A DNA stretch of 64,000 bases from an uncultured virus (IMG/VR IMGVR_UViG_3300018413_000001) (taxonomy: Duplodnaviria; Heunggongvirae; Uroviricota; Caudoviricetes), in IMG/VR virus record IMGVR_UViG_3300018413_000001; one strand, given 5' to 3'. Each line of letters opens with the position of its first letter. Within the stretch, counting starts at the first letter, position 1. Both the position numbers and the translations under genes were made by a program. The notes under the pieces are model-generated. The model was given only the letters and a program-made list of their open reading frames with translations. It did no database searches and had not been told where the DNA came from. Shown piece after piece: positions 1 to 9,368 of this stretch.

Positions 1-3000
1 GCCACGCTGGTGAACCGGCTGTCCGAACAGCTCGGGGTGCCAACTGACATCACATCAGCGGTGGAAGCTTTGACGGCTTCACAGGACTCGCTCAAGAGCC
101 AGTTCGAGCAGAGCATCGTGGACTCGCTGGTCGGTAAAGTTCGCAGTGCCATCACGCCGAAAAAAGCCCCCAGCAAAAACCTCAACAGCGTCATCAAGCA
201 GATCACGCGCATCCTTGCTGACAACCTCAACCTGCCCAAGGCCACAGGCCCAACCGAGTCTCTGGGTGAGAAGGCCATTGATGCGTTTGGCCGGGTGCGC
301 AACAACGAGCAACTGATCCGTGAGGCATGGGAGAAGGCCCGTGAGCAGATCCGTGCCACGCTGGCCAAGCGGGCCACCGAAGGACTGGAAGGTCTGACCG
401 AAGAAGAGGCTGCCGACATCGAGCAGCAGCTGGACGACCAGCTCGCAGCCATTGCCGCCGAGGTGCCCGCACACCTGTGGGCGCGTGGACAGGCATTCAG
501 CGTGCTCCGTGACGCGCTGGCCGAGACCGCGTTCGACAACAACGAGAAGATCATGGACAATCCCGAGGGCGCTCTCAGGGCGGCTCAGGGCAAGATCAAC
601 GAGGCCGTCGAGAAAGTGGGCAACGTGGACCCGGCACGCTGGGTCAGCAACCAGCCCTACATCATTGCCGCGTTCAACCAGCTTGTGGCAGACCTGCGTG
701 CCGCCAAGGTCAGGTCCAACGCACGCCGTCGTGCCGCTCAACGGGCTGGCGTGTTCTCCCCGGCTGTGACTCAGACGTTCAACCGGCTATTGGACATTGC
801 CCGCAAGCGTTCGGGTGACAAGACCCCGCTGCTGCCGGAGAACATTTCATGGGGCAAACTCTTTAGCAGCTCCCCGCAGTCGCAGGAGGCCAAGGCCAAG
901 TCGATGATGGAGTACATGAAGGCCGATCCGGTGCTCTCGAACCTCACGGCAGCCGAGCAGCAGGAACTGGCCGACATGTTTGCCAAGCAATGGGAGGCCA
1001 AGCGCACGGCCCTGACCGAGGCCAAGGTGGCAGCCGTGCTCAAGCGCCGTCATGCCACGGCGAAAGGCAAGGAAGCTGTCAAGGGGGCCATTCCGAAGTT
1101 CATCCAGGCCATCAACCGGGGTGAACTCAACAACGACATCATTGCTCAGGACATTGCCGAGAAGTTCGGTTTTCAGAAGCTTACTGATGACGAGAACAAG
1201 AAGCTCGAAACACTGGCCAAGGAACTTCAGCAGCCCGACATCCCGGTGCATGAGCGCCGGGCCAAGACGGATGAGATTGTCAAGATCATCGCCCGCAAGA
1301 CCGGACTCTCGACTGCCGAGATTCTGTCGGCATGGTGGGTGACTTCCGTGCTCTCCGGCCCCCGTACCATCTTCACCATTGGGATGGCCTTCCTGAGCGG
1401 CGGATTCGAGGTTTTCACCCATGCCATGGCCACGGTCATCAATGCCCACCTGCAAGGCAGACGCTCGGAAGGCACTGATGCGGCGATGCAGTCGATCACG
1501 AATTACTTTAAGTCATACCCACGGGCTGTACAGTTGGCATGGCAATATGTCAGGACTGGTGACAAGAACCTGCTGGCCGACTCTGACCCGGCATTCATGC
1601 AGTTCTTCGACACCGGGCGCAACAACCCGCAGTCCATCGGCTGGCGCATGACGCAGAGCAAGAACCCCGCCACACGCACGTTGGGCCGGTTCATGCATTT
1701 CTTCGAGAAGATGCTCACGGCGGGGGATTTGTTCAACTCCACGATCACCCGTCATGGCATGCTGCCGGTGGCTCAGTTCCTCAACAGCAAGACCTACGAG
1801 AAAGCTCGTGTGGCCAGTGAGACCGATCTGGCGAACTACCGCAAGAAGGCGCTTAACACATGGTGGGGTGACGAAGAACCCAAAACATGGCAGCAGCAGG
1901 CGCTCGTCACCCGCCAGGCCATTGACCTGATGGAAGCCGTGCTCTCCAAATATGCCAATGTCCTCGAAGATGCCAACTTTGTGGCCGCGCAGGGGGCCAT
2001 GACACTCAACCCCGAGGGGCTGGGTGGAGGTATTTATAATATTATCCGAGGAGCATCAAACAGGGCAGAAAGTTTCTCAGCAAAATATGTCAAATACACT
2101 GGCAATCTCAAAGCTGAAAAAGAAGGACTGGTAAAAATGAAAGCCCAGCAGGCTATTGCTGTGCTTACACATTTTGCGACTCACCAAATGCTTAACGTTG
2201 TGGGCCTTCGTTTTGCTCGGTTTGGAAGCAACAAGCTCAACCAAACTCTTGGGTTTATCCCGTTGCTCGGGCTTGCCCGTCTTTTTGAGAAAGATTACGC
2301 CGGACAGGTCAAAAACCAGGCCATCATCAAAAACCAAGTGATCAGCGCCGCCATCGCCATGGCGGGCATTGTCATCCTCAAGGCCATAGCGGATGAGCCA
2401 GACGACGATAAACGTGGATGGGGGTGGCAAGGTTCATGGGCCGGACTCACATCGGCTAAAATCAAACAGCTCATGGCTGCGGGGTTGAAGCCAAACTCAA
2501 TCAGCTTCAATGGGCATGTTTTCAACTATGCCAACTGGCCTGTGTCGAGCTTGTTTGCTGCCATCGGTGCCATGGCTGACCGAATCAAATATGACCCCGA
2601 GGATTGGAAAAAAACAACAGATTCAGAAATTGTGGCCACCGTAGCATGGGCAGCAGGTTCATCCTTTGCCGATACTACAGCACTATCTCAACTCATGGAA
2701 ATTTTCGGCAGCAATATCCATTCACACGACCCTGTAGATGCTTCAATCAAGAAAGTCTCGAAAGTTCTTGGAAACTACACTGGCGGTTTCATCCCTCGTA
2801 TTTTCAAAGAAGTCGATCTGGGGGCTTTTGGCACCTATGGGGGCACCGTGGGCAGCGGCAAACTGCGCAAGTACGAGGGATGGGAAAACTTCGCCAAGGA
2901 GATCCCGATCTACCGGCGCTACGTGGGTGGTCCGCTGCTCGACATTTTCGGCAAACAGGTCGAGGTGAGCCGCACCCCATGGAGCCGCGAATACCAAGCA

Positions 3001-3306
3001 CAGCCCGAGGCCAGGGAATACCGTCTGCTGGGCCAGCTCGGCAGCAACGGCCTGTGGCTCACCCCGGCTGACCCGGCCAACCGTCGTGTGGGTCGTGGCA
3101 AGCGGTCCCGTGAGATGACCGATGCCGAGCAGAAACGGTTTGTCACCTTTGTGGGGAACAACTACCGTGATCTGGTCTTGAAGCATGGAGAACGCCTCAC
3201 CAAGATGCCTCACGAAAATGCCAAGGAATTGATGGGGAAACTCTCAGCCGCCGCCCGTGACCGCGCCGAACGGGCAGCCCTTGTCGCACCAGCTACTCAG
3301 CCATGA
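1..3306 (+). CDS. C-terminal part of a giant internal virion/ejection protein (5' truncated by window)
   Basis: Frame is open from base 1 to TGA at 3304-3306 (1101 aa). Ala/Lys/Glu-rich helical protein with hydrophobic segments near the C-terminus, as in large podovirus ejection proteins. Possibly the continuation of the ORF at 58364-64000. Confidence 0.7.
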   Translation, partial: ATLVNRLSEQLGVPTDITSAVEALTASQDSLKSQFEQSIVDSLVGKVRSAITPKKAPSKNLNSVIKQITRILADNLNLPKATGPTESLGEKAIDAFGRVRNNEQLIREAWEKAREQIRATLAKRATEGLEGLTEEEAADIEQQLDDQLAAIAAEVPAHLWARGQAFSVLRDALAETAFDNNEKIMDNPEGALRAAQGKINEAVEKVGNVDPARWVSNQPYIIAAFNQLVADLRAAKVRSNARRRAAQRAGVFSPAVTQTFNRLLDIARKRSGDKTPLLPENISWGKLFSSSPQSQEAKAKSMMEYMKADPVLSNLTAAEQQELADMFAKQWEAKRTALTEAKVAAVLKRRHATAKGKEAVKGAIPKFIQAINRGELNNDIIAQDIAEKFGFQKLTDDENKKLETLAKELQQPDIPVHERRAKTDEIVKIIARKTGLSTAEILSAWWVTSVLSGPRTIFTIGMAFLSGGFEVFTHAMATVINAHLQGRRSEGTDAAMQSITNYFKSYPRAVQLAWQYVRTGDKNLLADSDPAFMQFFDTGRNNPQSIGWRMTQSKNPATRTLGRFMHFFEKMLTAGDLFNSTITRHGMLPVAQFLNSKTYEKARVASETDLANYRKKALNTWWGDEEPKTWQQQALVTRQAIDLMEAVLSKYANVLEDANFVAAQGAMTLNPEGLGGGIYNIIRGASNRAESFSAKYVKYTGNLKAEKEGLVKMKAQQAIAVLTHFATHQMLNVVGLRFARFGSNKLNQTLGFIPLLGLARLFEKDYAGQVKNQAIIKNQVISAAIAMAGIVILKAIADEPDDDKRGWGWQGSWAGLTSAKIKQLMAAGLKPNSISFNGHVFNYANWPVSSLFAAIGAMADRIKYDPEDWKKTTDSEIVATVAWAAGSSFADTTALSQLMEIFGSNIHSHDPVDASIKKVSKVLGNYTGGFIPRIFKEVDLGAFGTYGGTVGSGKLRKYEGWENFAKEIPIYRRYVGGPLLDIFGKQVEVSRTPWSREYQAQPEAREYRLLGQLGSNGLWLTPADPANRRVGRGKRSREMTDAEQKRFVTFVGNNYRDLVLKHGERLTKMPHENAKELMGKLSAAARDRAERAALVAPATQP

Positions 3307-3878
3307 AATCACCCCGCCACGAACACATGATGCCCCAAGGGGGGTGGAAATACACAGACACGATCACGGGTGTGGTGTGCAATGACAACCACCTCGGGGC
3401 TGTGCTGGACCGGGTGCGCCGGACGTGGATCGCCAATGGCATTGACCCCCCGCCGATGTGGGAGGAAATGGTCAAAGATCAGATGTGCCAGCAGAACCCC
3501 GGCCTCGACTGTCTCGAAGTGGGGGAGATCGAACGAGTGCTCTCACTCGATGACATCTGGCGCTTCGCCAACACGGCGCTGAAGTGGCTTCAGGACGGCG
3601 GCAAATGGGTGTCCAAGGAAGAGTCAGACCGCCGTGCTGCCGTCTGTGCCGGGTGCCCGTTGAACATCCATGTGGATGGCTGCTGGGGCTGCCGTGGGGC
3701 CATCAAGTGGCTGGCCGAGCGTGCCGGGATGCCGCCACCCACGACCAGTGATGACAAACTGCAAAGCTGCAAGGCATGTGGATGTTACAACAAGGTGGCC
3801 GTCCACATGCCTCTCGATGCCATGGACATCACTGGGGTGGAGTTTCCCGAGTGGTGTTGGAAGAAACCGGTGGTGTGA
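3303..3878 (+). CDS. Cys-rich putative zinc-binding phage protein
   Basis: ATGA overlap with upstream gene; motifs CAGC, CWGC, CKACGC and terminal CW. Confidence 0.65.
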   Translation: MKSPRHEHMMPQGGWKYTDTITGVVCNDNHLGAVLDRVRRTWIANGIDPPPMWEEMVKDQMCQQNPGLDCLEVGEIERVLSLDDIWRFANTALKWLQDGGKWVSKEESDRRAAVCAGCPLNIHVDGCWGCRGAIKWLAERAGMPPPTTSDDKLQSCKACGCYNKVAVHMPLDAMDITGVEFPEWCWKKPVV

Positions 3879-4470
3879 TGTCTTCCAAGAGAGTCTTGCC
3901 TTCGTGGAAAAGACGTTCTTGTTGAGAGTCGATGCGCCAGCCTTTCCATGACCCTTTGGGTCTTTTTGCTCTGGGGCTTATTGAACATATCCCAGAAACA
4001 GCATTGCAACATCTTTGGCCTAGTTTTGCCACAGCATCATTAGGATCAAACAAGTGGCCATTTTCTCTGACAAACAACATGAGATTTCTAAAAGTGTAGA
4101 TTTGGTTATCAGGAGATTTAATACGCCATACAAGTGCGCATTGGTGATTTTCTCTCTTTTTTAACAAGGTCTCAGACATCCGGCCTTTGTAATGTGGGCT
4201 ATGTATAGTTGTATCTATTTTGCCTTTATGCTTTTCTTTAATGGAATCCAGACGCATGCAATGCCCCCTAATGAAACGAGCGCCTTCACAGTCAACTTTT
4301 TTGCCGCAACCACACTCACATGGCATTGATGATTTCTTTTTGTGTAATAAATAGTATCGTTTTGCATAATCCTGTTTTTTGGAGTGGTTTTTAGCTCTGT
4401 ACCATTTCACATAAAGAGGGTTACTTTTACCATTTACATATCTTGGTGGCCTGTCGGATTCAGTTGTCAT
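3829..4470 (-). CDS. AT-rich homing-endonuclease-associated DNA-binding protein (NUMOD/IENR-like modules, no clear nuclease domain)
   Basis: CECGCG motif, WRIKSPDNQIYTFRNL and KGW motifs, Lys-rich; visibly more AT-rich than flanks. Confidence 0.5.
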   Translation of the reverse strand: MTTESDRPPRYVNGKSNPLYVKWYRAKNHSKKQDYAKRYYLLHKKKSSMPCECGCGKKVDCEGARFIRGHCMRLDSIKEKHKGKIDTTIHSPHYKGRMSETLLKKRENHQCALVWRIKSPDNQIYTFRNLMLFVRENGHLFDPNDAVAKLGQRCCNAVSGICSISPRAKRPKGSWKGWRIDSQQERLFHEGKTLLEDITPPVSSNTTRETPPQ

Positions 4471-4490
4471 AACACAAATCGTTATCACAT

Positions 4491-4540
4491 AAAAAAGCCC
4501 CAAGCAATGACATTTTACGTTATCACTTGGGGCGGCTTTT
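4491..4540 (-). terminator. Intrinsic terminator downstream of the glycosyltransferase cluster
   Basis: Minus strand GCCCCAAG...CTTGGGGC stem followed by TTTTTT, just after the stop at 4549. Confidence 0.7.
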
Positions 4541-4548
4541 AAAATCAA

Positions 4549-5604
4549 TCAGCTCAAAGGGTCCACTTCTTCCTCGGTAGCCACAGCAGCCTTCTTCGAG
4601 ATCCACCCAGGCCCAGCCACCTCAAACCCGGCAGCGATGACATCAGCCTTCAACGGCTTCAGGTCTGTGCCCACATGGCCGATGTCCTTGGCCAGATCGG
4701 ACAGACGGTAAGCGCCACGGGCCAGCTTCATGTTGATCTGGGAGGCCAGAAAGCTCTCTTCGGGCTTGGCCGGTGCAGCGGGGGCTGGTTCTTCCACCTT
4801 GGGCACGACGACCTTGATCTTCTTGCTGCCAGCCGTCACCAACTTGCGCAGGGACTCGTCCTTGCAGCCATGCACCAGCACGGCGGTGGCAGGCACCAGA
4901 CCGCCACGGGAGCGCACCAGTTTGTCGGTGGCCACAGCCTTGCAGGTGATGCCGTCAGCAGTGAGTTCGTATTCGTGGGTGTTCCACATGTCGGCAATAA
5001 GGTCACTGTTGACCCGGCCCACGGCCTTGATGCCACCACGGATGTAGGTGTCAAAATTTTCCTTGGGGTTCGAGGCCAGCGGGTTGCCGAGATCCTGGAT
5101 GAGCGGACGGATGGCCTCGTCAATGTGCATGGTCGGAGGATAGACACCCACTGCCATCATGTAGTCCTCGCCGGGGCGCATCTCCAGCTTGCCGTTCACG
5201 TTGAAAGGCAGGGGCACCACATTGCCGTAGCACGGTTTACCCTTGGCGCGGTAGTCGTTCTCGATGAGGTCGAGCCAGCCAGGCACCAGCGGGGACGAGT
5301 CCACCTCAAGCCAGAGGAAAGGGTCCGAGTTCTGAGCCCTGCCCAGATTGAAAACAGCGCCAAAGAACAGCACACCGCCGTCCATGGGCATCCCGTATTC
5401 AGGTTCATAGAGAGCCTGTTTGACAACAACTTCCTGCATGCTGGGCCTGAGACGTTCAGCCTGTTCATGCACCTGCTCGATGACCGAGGGTGCCGAGAAA
5501 AAGAAGCAGTTGTGGTTGGAGAGACCGCCGAAGTGAATCAGAGTGTCAATCAGGTTCGGGAGCGCGTGGATGTCGTGGCGGGAGACGGGGATGACGAGTT
5601 TCAT
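4549..5604 (-). CDS. Putative GT-A-like glycosyltransferase with C-terminal extension
   Basis: N-terminal MKLVIPV beta-strand, FLWLEVDS (ExD) motif, VLVHGCKD motif; paralogous to 7357-7965. Confidence 0.5.
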   Translation of the reverse strand: MKLVIPVSRHDIHALPNLIDTLIHFGGLSNHNCFFFSAPSVIEQVHEQAERLRPSMQEVVVKQALYEPEYGMPMDGGVLFFGAVFNLGRAQNSDPFLWLEVDSSPLVPGWLDLIENDYRAKGKPCYGNVVPLPFNVNGKLEMRPGEDYMMAVGVYPPTMHIDEAIRPLIQDLGNPLASNPKENFDTYIRGGIKAVGRVNSDLIADMWNTHEYELTADGITCKAVATDKLVRSRGGLVPATAVLVHGCKDESLRKLVTAGSKKIKVVVPKVEEPAPAAPAKPEESFLASQINMKLARGAYRLSDLAKDIGHVGTDLKPLKADVIAAGFEVAGPGWISKKAAVATEEEVDPLS

Positions 5605-5882
5605 GCTTGGGTGGGTTGTGGAATTGGTGTGTAAATAGGGTAATCAAAGTTCTCTACTTGGTGGGGCAGATATTTCAGTGGTAGCGGATCAGGGATTTCC
5701 AAAGCAACAAGAGAGAATCCCTGCTTTTTAGATTCTTGCCAAAACTCTCCACATTTGCTCCCATCTCTCCCTGCATAGCCTGTCTTGCTGACATAAAAAT
5801 CAAAGATTACACGTTCTCTGTCTGTGGAGAAAAAGCTTGGCAAAAGGTTGCCCACAAGGTCTGAAATGGCGAAGTATGTCAT
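5601..5882 (-). CDS. Hypothetical protein
   Basis: 93-aa ORF with ATGA overlaps on both sides. Confidence 0.6.
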   Translation of the reverse strand: MTYFAISDLVGNLLPSFFSTDRERVIFDFYVSKTGYAGRDGSKCGEFWQESKKQGFSLVALEIPDPLPLKYLPHQVENFDYPIYTPIPQPTQA

Positions 5883-6913
5883 ATCTTGTGTCCGGCGTTT
5901 TGCATGGCGAGTTTATACTTGGAACCGCCCATGTCAATGTTACTGAAAAAGGAAGGCAGCCGGTCAAAGTTGTGCCGCAGCACGGCAGCACGGGCCTCAA
6001 GGACTGTCGGGAATCTCTCGCGCTGATTGCGGGACACCGCCGAGGCCATGGCTTCAATGTGCTGCTGGCTGACTTCGCCGGGAAACTGCCAGCCACCGGG
6101 AGGCACGACGGACGGGTTGATGTCCTTCACGTCGAGGGTAAACTTCATCTGGTGTTCGCCGGAACCACCGATGTCCGGCAGCAGGCAGTCACCGAAGCCG
6201 CAGAACACACCGTTGGCGCGTCTGAAGATGCAGTCGGGTATCCACAGGCAGGTCTCCTGGATGGACCTGTGTTTGAGCCCTTCGTTGATGGCATTGGCAC
6301 AGGACTGGTTGCCGATGAACAGCTCGGACCCGGCGATGAGTTCTGCCGTCTCCAGCATGTTGCTGGTGGGGGTGAAATCGACCTTGCCGAACTGAGCGCA
6401 GAACTGGTGGTGCTCATGGGGCAGTCCGATGAACAGCAGCCGGTCTCCATAATGACGGACCACATCAGACCATGAGAAAAAGTCATTCCGGTACCGCTCA
6501 GTGCGGTTGATGACGATCCTTCCCTTGGTCAGCGGGGATGGTGTGACAGTCAGCCATGGCTCATCGAGTGAGAAGTCCTGCCCGATGCCGTGAACCTTGA
6601 TCAGGTTGTTCAGGTGGGCCTGCATCAGGGACTCGCCGGGGGCGAAGAACTTGCCATTGTCACGGAATCGTTCGCTGGCCCAGTCCACAGAGGCAGATGG
6701 CTCGATGATCTTGACCTCTTTGATGTAGGGCTGCTGGACGGCCAGAGGGGCAATCAGATCGTAGAGCTTTTGGATGTCCTGTGAGTTGCGGTATTTGGTG
6801 CTGTTGCCATAACGCAGGCACAAGGTATGTGGGCCATCAGGGATCTGCCGGATGACGCCGAGGAGGAACGTGGCATCGCCCAAGTCACCAGTTGTGCTAA
6901 CAGAAAATCCCAT
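5879..6913 (-). CDS. GT-B glycosyltransferase, family 9 (heptosyltransferase)-like
   Basis: N-terminal TGDLGD and LFIGNQSCANAINEGLK motifs typical of GT9-like proteins; start taken at MGFSVST. Confidence 0.65.
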   Translation of the reverse strand: MGFSVSTTGDLGDATFLLGVIRQIPDGPHTLCLRYGNSTKYRNSQDIQKLYDLIAPLAVQQPYIKEVKIIEPSASVDWASERFRDNGKFFAPGESLMQAHLNNLIKVHGIGQDFSLDEPWLTVTPSPLTKGRIVINRTERYRNDFFSWSDVVRHYGDRLLFIGLPHEHHQFCAQFGKVDFTPTSNMLETAELIAGSELFIGNQSCANAINEGLKHRSIQETCLWIPDCIFRRANGVFCGFGDCLLPDIGGSGEHQMKFTLDVKDINPSVVPPGGWQFPGEVSQQHIEAMASAVSRNQRERFPTVLEARAAVLRHNFDRLPSFFSNIDMGGSKYKLAMQNAGHKI

Positions 6914-6917
6914 ATTT

Positions 6918-7145
6918 TCAGCAGTTTGCAGGGTCAAATTCAAATTCGTCGGGATACCACACCATGTTGCCTTTGATGGGCTTCCTGAGTGTGAATGGGT
7001 TCTTGCAATGGGCACATGCCGACTTGGCACCTTCAGAAACCATGTGATCTCCGGTCATATGCTCAAGGCCAATGGTGGCCAAGCAGCAACGGAGAACACC
7101 GGGGACCGAGATTCTGGTTTCCTTGATATTGACGGGTTTGCTCAT
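6918..7145 (-). CDS. Small Cys-containing hypothetical protein
   Basis: 75 aa, RCC and CAHC motifs, translationally coupled to upstream gene. Confidence 0.55.
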   Translation of the reverse strand: MSKPVNIKETRISVPGVLRCCLATIGLEHMTGDHMVSEGAKSACAHCKNPFTLRKPIKGNMVWYPDEFEFDPANC

Positions 7146-7360
7146 AGTGCTCTAAAAAGTGATTTGTTGCAGGCGTGAGCCAGGTTCCCCGACTCAATGG
7201 CTGGCGGGATGCCCGGACGCTTTGGGCAGTAGCGCCAGAACGGCAGATCCGGGTTGGGGCGGAACCCGGCAGGACGAGGCTTGTCCGTCCAGCCATCGAG
7301 ACGCAGGGCAAGCCGGAGAATGAACAGGGTGAACTTGATGAAGAAGGGTTTCATTTTCAT
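7142..7360 (-). CDS. Hypothetical protein
   Basis: 72-aa ORF with ATGA overlaps. Confidence 0.5.
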   Translation of the reverse strand: MKMKPFFIKFTLFILRLALRLDGWTDKPRPAGFRPNPDLPFWRYCPKRPGIPPAIESGNLAHACNKSLFRAL

Positions 7361-7965
7361 ACTTCAAAACCCCTCCCCGGCAGCACAATGTTCATAAGCC
7401 CTTGTTTCTTGTCCTTGTGGAACAGCACCGCCTTGTCACCGACCACGGCAAGGTCACGCGGGAACTCATGTAGCGTGGCATCACCTTTCTCGTCATAGAT
7501 GCCATAGCTGTGACGAATCAGATCAGTTCGCCCGATGAGGTCGGGGTTCTGGCGCACGATGATTTCATCAAACCCCACATGTTTTTCACTGACTGGGGCA
7601 TGATCAAAAGCGTTCGGACCATGGACACCAATGCCGGAAAACACGTCATGCGGCGGATTAAATTGGAGCGGGTAAAGGTACTCCTTGCCCTGCCGGTAAT
7701 ACTCGTCGGTGAGAGCCTGGGCCCAGCCTGGTTTGAGAGGCACGCAGTCGGCTTCAATCCAGATGAAGGGATTTCCTCTCATGAGGCCAGCCACCCAGCG
7801 GAACGAATCATTGGCGTTCTCAGGGTAAACCATGCCAGGAGGTTCTTCGAGCCTCTGGAACTCATGGATGATGGTGCCGTCGAGTTCAAGGCAGAACCGG
7901 GCCAGCCGTTTGACTGCTTCGGCCTCATGCGGGGCTTGGTGGATGACGACGGGGAGAGTGGTCAT
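7357..7965 (-). CDS. Putative GT-A-like glycosyltransferase
   Basis: FIWIEADCVPLKPGW and AVLFHKDK match FLWLEVDSSPLVPGW and AVLVHGCKD of 4549-5604. Confidence 0.5.
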   Translation of the reverse strand: MTTLPVVIHQAPHEAEAVKRLARFCLELDGTIIHEFQRLEEPPGMVYPENANDSFRWVAGLMRGNPFIWIEADCVPLKPGWAQALTDEYYRQGKEYLYPLQFNPPHDVFSGIGVHGPNAFDHAPVSEKHVGFDEIIVRQNPDLIGRTDLIRHSYGIYDEKGDATLHEFPRDLAVVGDKAVLFHKDKKQGLMNIVLPGRGFEV

Positions 7966-8225
7966 GATTCAAGGGAATCCCAAATAGAACGAATGAGCTG
8001 TTTCTTGCATTTGGTGCATAAGTCTGGTGGGCCACCAAATCCTGTTTGGTGCGCTTGAAAACCAAAACGCACTGTTGTTGTGATAAAACATTGCTTCATC
8101 GAGTTCGTCGGGGAGCCTGTATCTACACCAAGGTATTCTTTCCCCCATGGAGTTTTGGCTTGAATGTCAGAAGACCGGCATTCCTCTACAGGAGCTTCAC
8201 AGATGTCACAAAATTTCTTGTTCAT
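7962..8225 (-). CDS. Small zinc-ribbon-like protein
   Basis: FCDIC...DLCTKC motif pair. Confidence 0.55.
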   Translation of the reverse strand: MNKKFCDICEAPVEECRSSDIQAKTPWGKEYLGVDTGSPTNSMKQCFITTTVRFGFQAHQTGFGGPPDLCTKCKKQLIRSIWDSLES

Positions 8226-8229
8226 AAAA

Positions 8230-8826
8230 TCACAATTTCTGGTACACAATGCACAACTGGGCCAGAGCCCCGTTCATAGTTTGATCGAACTCCTTGTCGT
8301 CAAACCGGTTCCACTGGTACCCGTCGAGTTCGTAGCGCAGATCCACCAGAGTCAGGCCAGCCTGTTTGCCGAACTGGCGGATTTCCTTGAACCCAAAATG
8401 CCGGTGGTTCTTGGGGGCGGTTTCCAGATTCAGCAAGTCCCATGAGGTCTTGTGATCGTGGTTGAACTTGGCCGGGTTCGATGAGCCGTGCTGGAAGTCA
8501 TTCCACTTCTCGTATGCAGAGAAAAGTGGCACAAGAATGTAGGCATAACCACCTTCCTTGAGCACACGGGACCAGTTGCGAATGGCCGTCTCAGGGTCTG
8601 AGAGATGTTCGAGGCAGTGGGCGCTGACAATGCAGTCGAACGTCTTGTCATCAAGCGTTGCAAGGAGTGTGGCATCACCATCTTCAAGATCCCAGCCTCG
8701 AACGGTTGATGGTGGTGAGAGCTTGATGGGGTCCGGGCCACAGCCGATGTCGAGTACCTGCCCCTTGATCCATTCGTAGTCACCAGCACGCAGACGGGCC
8801 GGGTGTGATTTGGTCATTTCGTCCAT
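8230..8826 (-). CDS. Class I SAM-dependent methyltransferase (Methyltransf_11-like)
   Basis: VLDIGCG motif I, FDCIVSAHCLEH, RVLKEGG. Confidence 0.85.
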   Translation of the reverse strand: MDEMTKSHPARLRAGDYEWIKGQVLDIGCGPDPIKLSPPSTVRGWDLEDGDATLLATLDDKTFDCIVSAHCLEHLSDPETAIRNWSRVLKEGGYAYILVPLFSAYEKWNDFQHGSSNPAKFNHDHKTSWDLLNLETAPKNHRHFGFKEIRQFGKQAGLTLVDLRYELDGYQWNRFDDKEFDQTMNGALAQLCIVYQKL

Positions 8827-8875
8827 CTTGCACTTCTAACCTTGACGCCTCCATACCGTCAAGCATATTTACTGC

Positions 8876-9082
8876 ATGGCAGACGAAAAACCGTTGTCCC
8901 GGCAGCGCCGATGGCAGATTGCACAGAAGGCGAAAGGCCGGTGTCCCTACTGTGGGCAGCCGTCCGAGGAGGGCTACGATTCAGGTTTGTGCAGAAGACA
9001 CCGGGACGCCAACACCGAGAGGCAGCGTGAGCGCAAGGTGACACGGTTTTTAAATTCACCAGACGACGGGGAGGACGACTGA
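8876..9082 (+). CDS. Small zinc-finger protein
   Basis: SRQRRWQ followed by CPYCG...CRRH; paralogous to N-terminus of 11698-11994. Confidence 0.6.
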   Translation: MADEKPLSRQRRWQIAQKAKGRCPYCGQPSEEGYDSGLCRRHRDANTERQRERKVTRFLNSPDDGEDD

Positions 9083-9083
9083 C

Positions 9084-9368
9084 ATGGAAATGACTGAAGA
9101 GTTTTCTCGGGTGAACAGTTGCTTCCATGTTGCGTACAATCAGGCGCTTATGGCTGGCCGGTGGCCGGCCAAGATCCTGCTCGGGCCTGAAGAGTTTGAG
9201 GCTTGGAACGTCACGGTGAAGATGAATCCTGATTTTAAGCCGAATGCTGATTATACTTTTGAAGGTTTTCCCGTTCGACGCATGGAGCACCCCGGTGTTG
9301 CTGTGGAGACGATAGGGCTGCCAGTGATCGAACTGGGCATTTACAAGAACGGGGTTCCTCCATCATGA
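9084..9368 (+). CDS. Hypothetical protein
   Basis: 94-aa ORF preceded by GGAGG. Confidence 0.6.
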   Translation: MEMTEEFSRVNSCFHVAYNQALMAGRWPAKILLGPEEFEAWNVTVKMNPDFKPNADYTFEGFPVRRMEHPGVAVETIGLPVIELGIYKNGVPPS

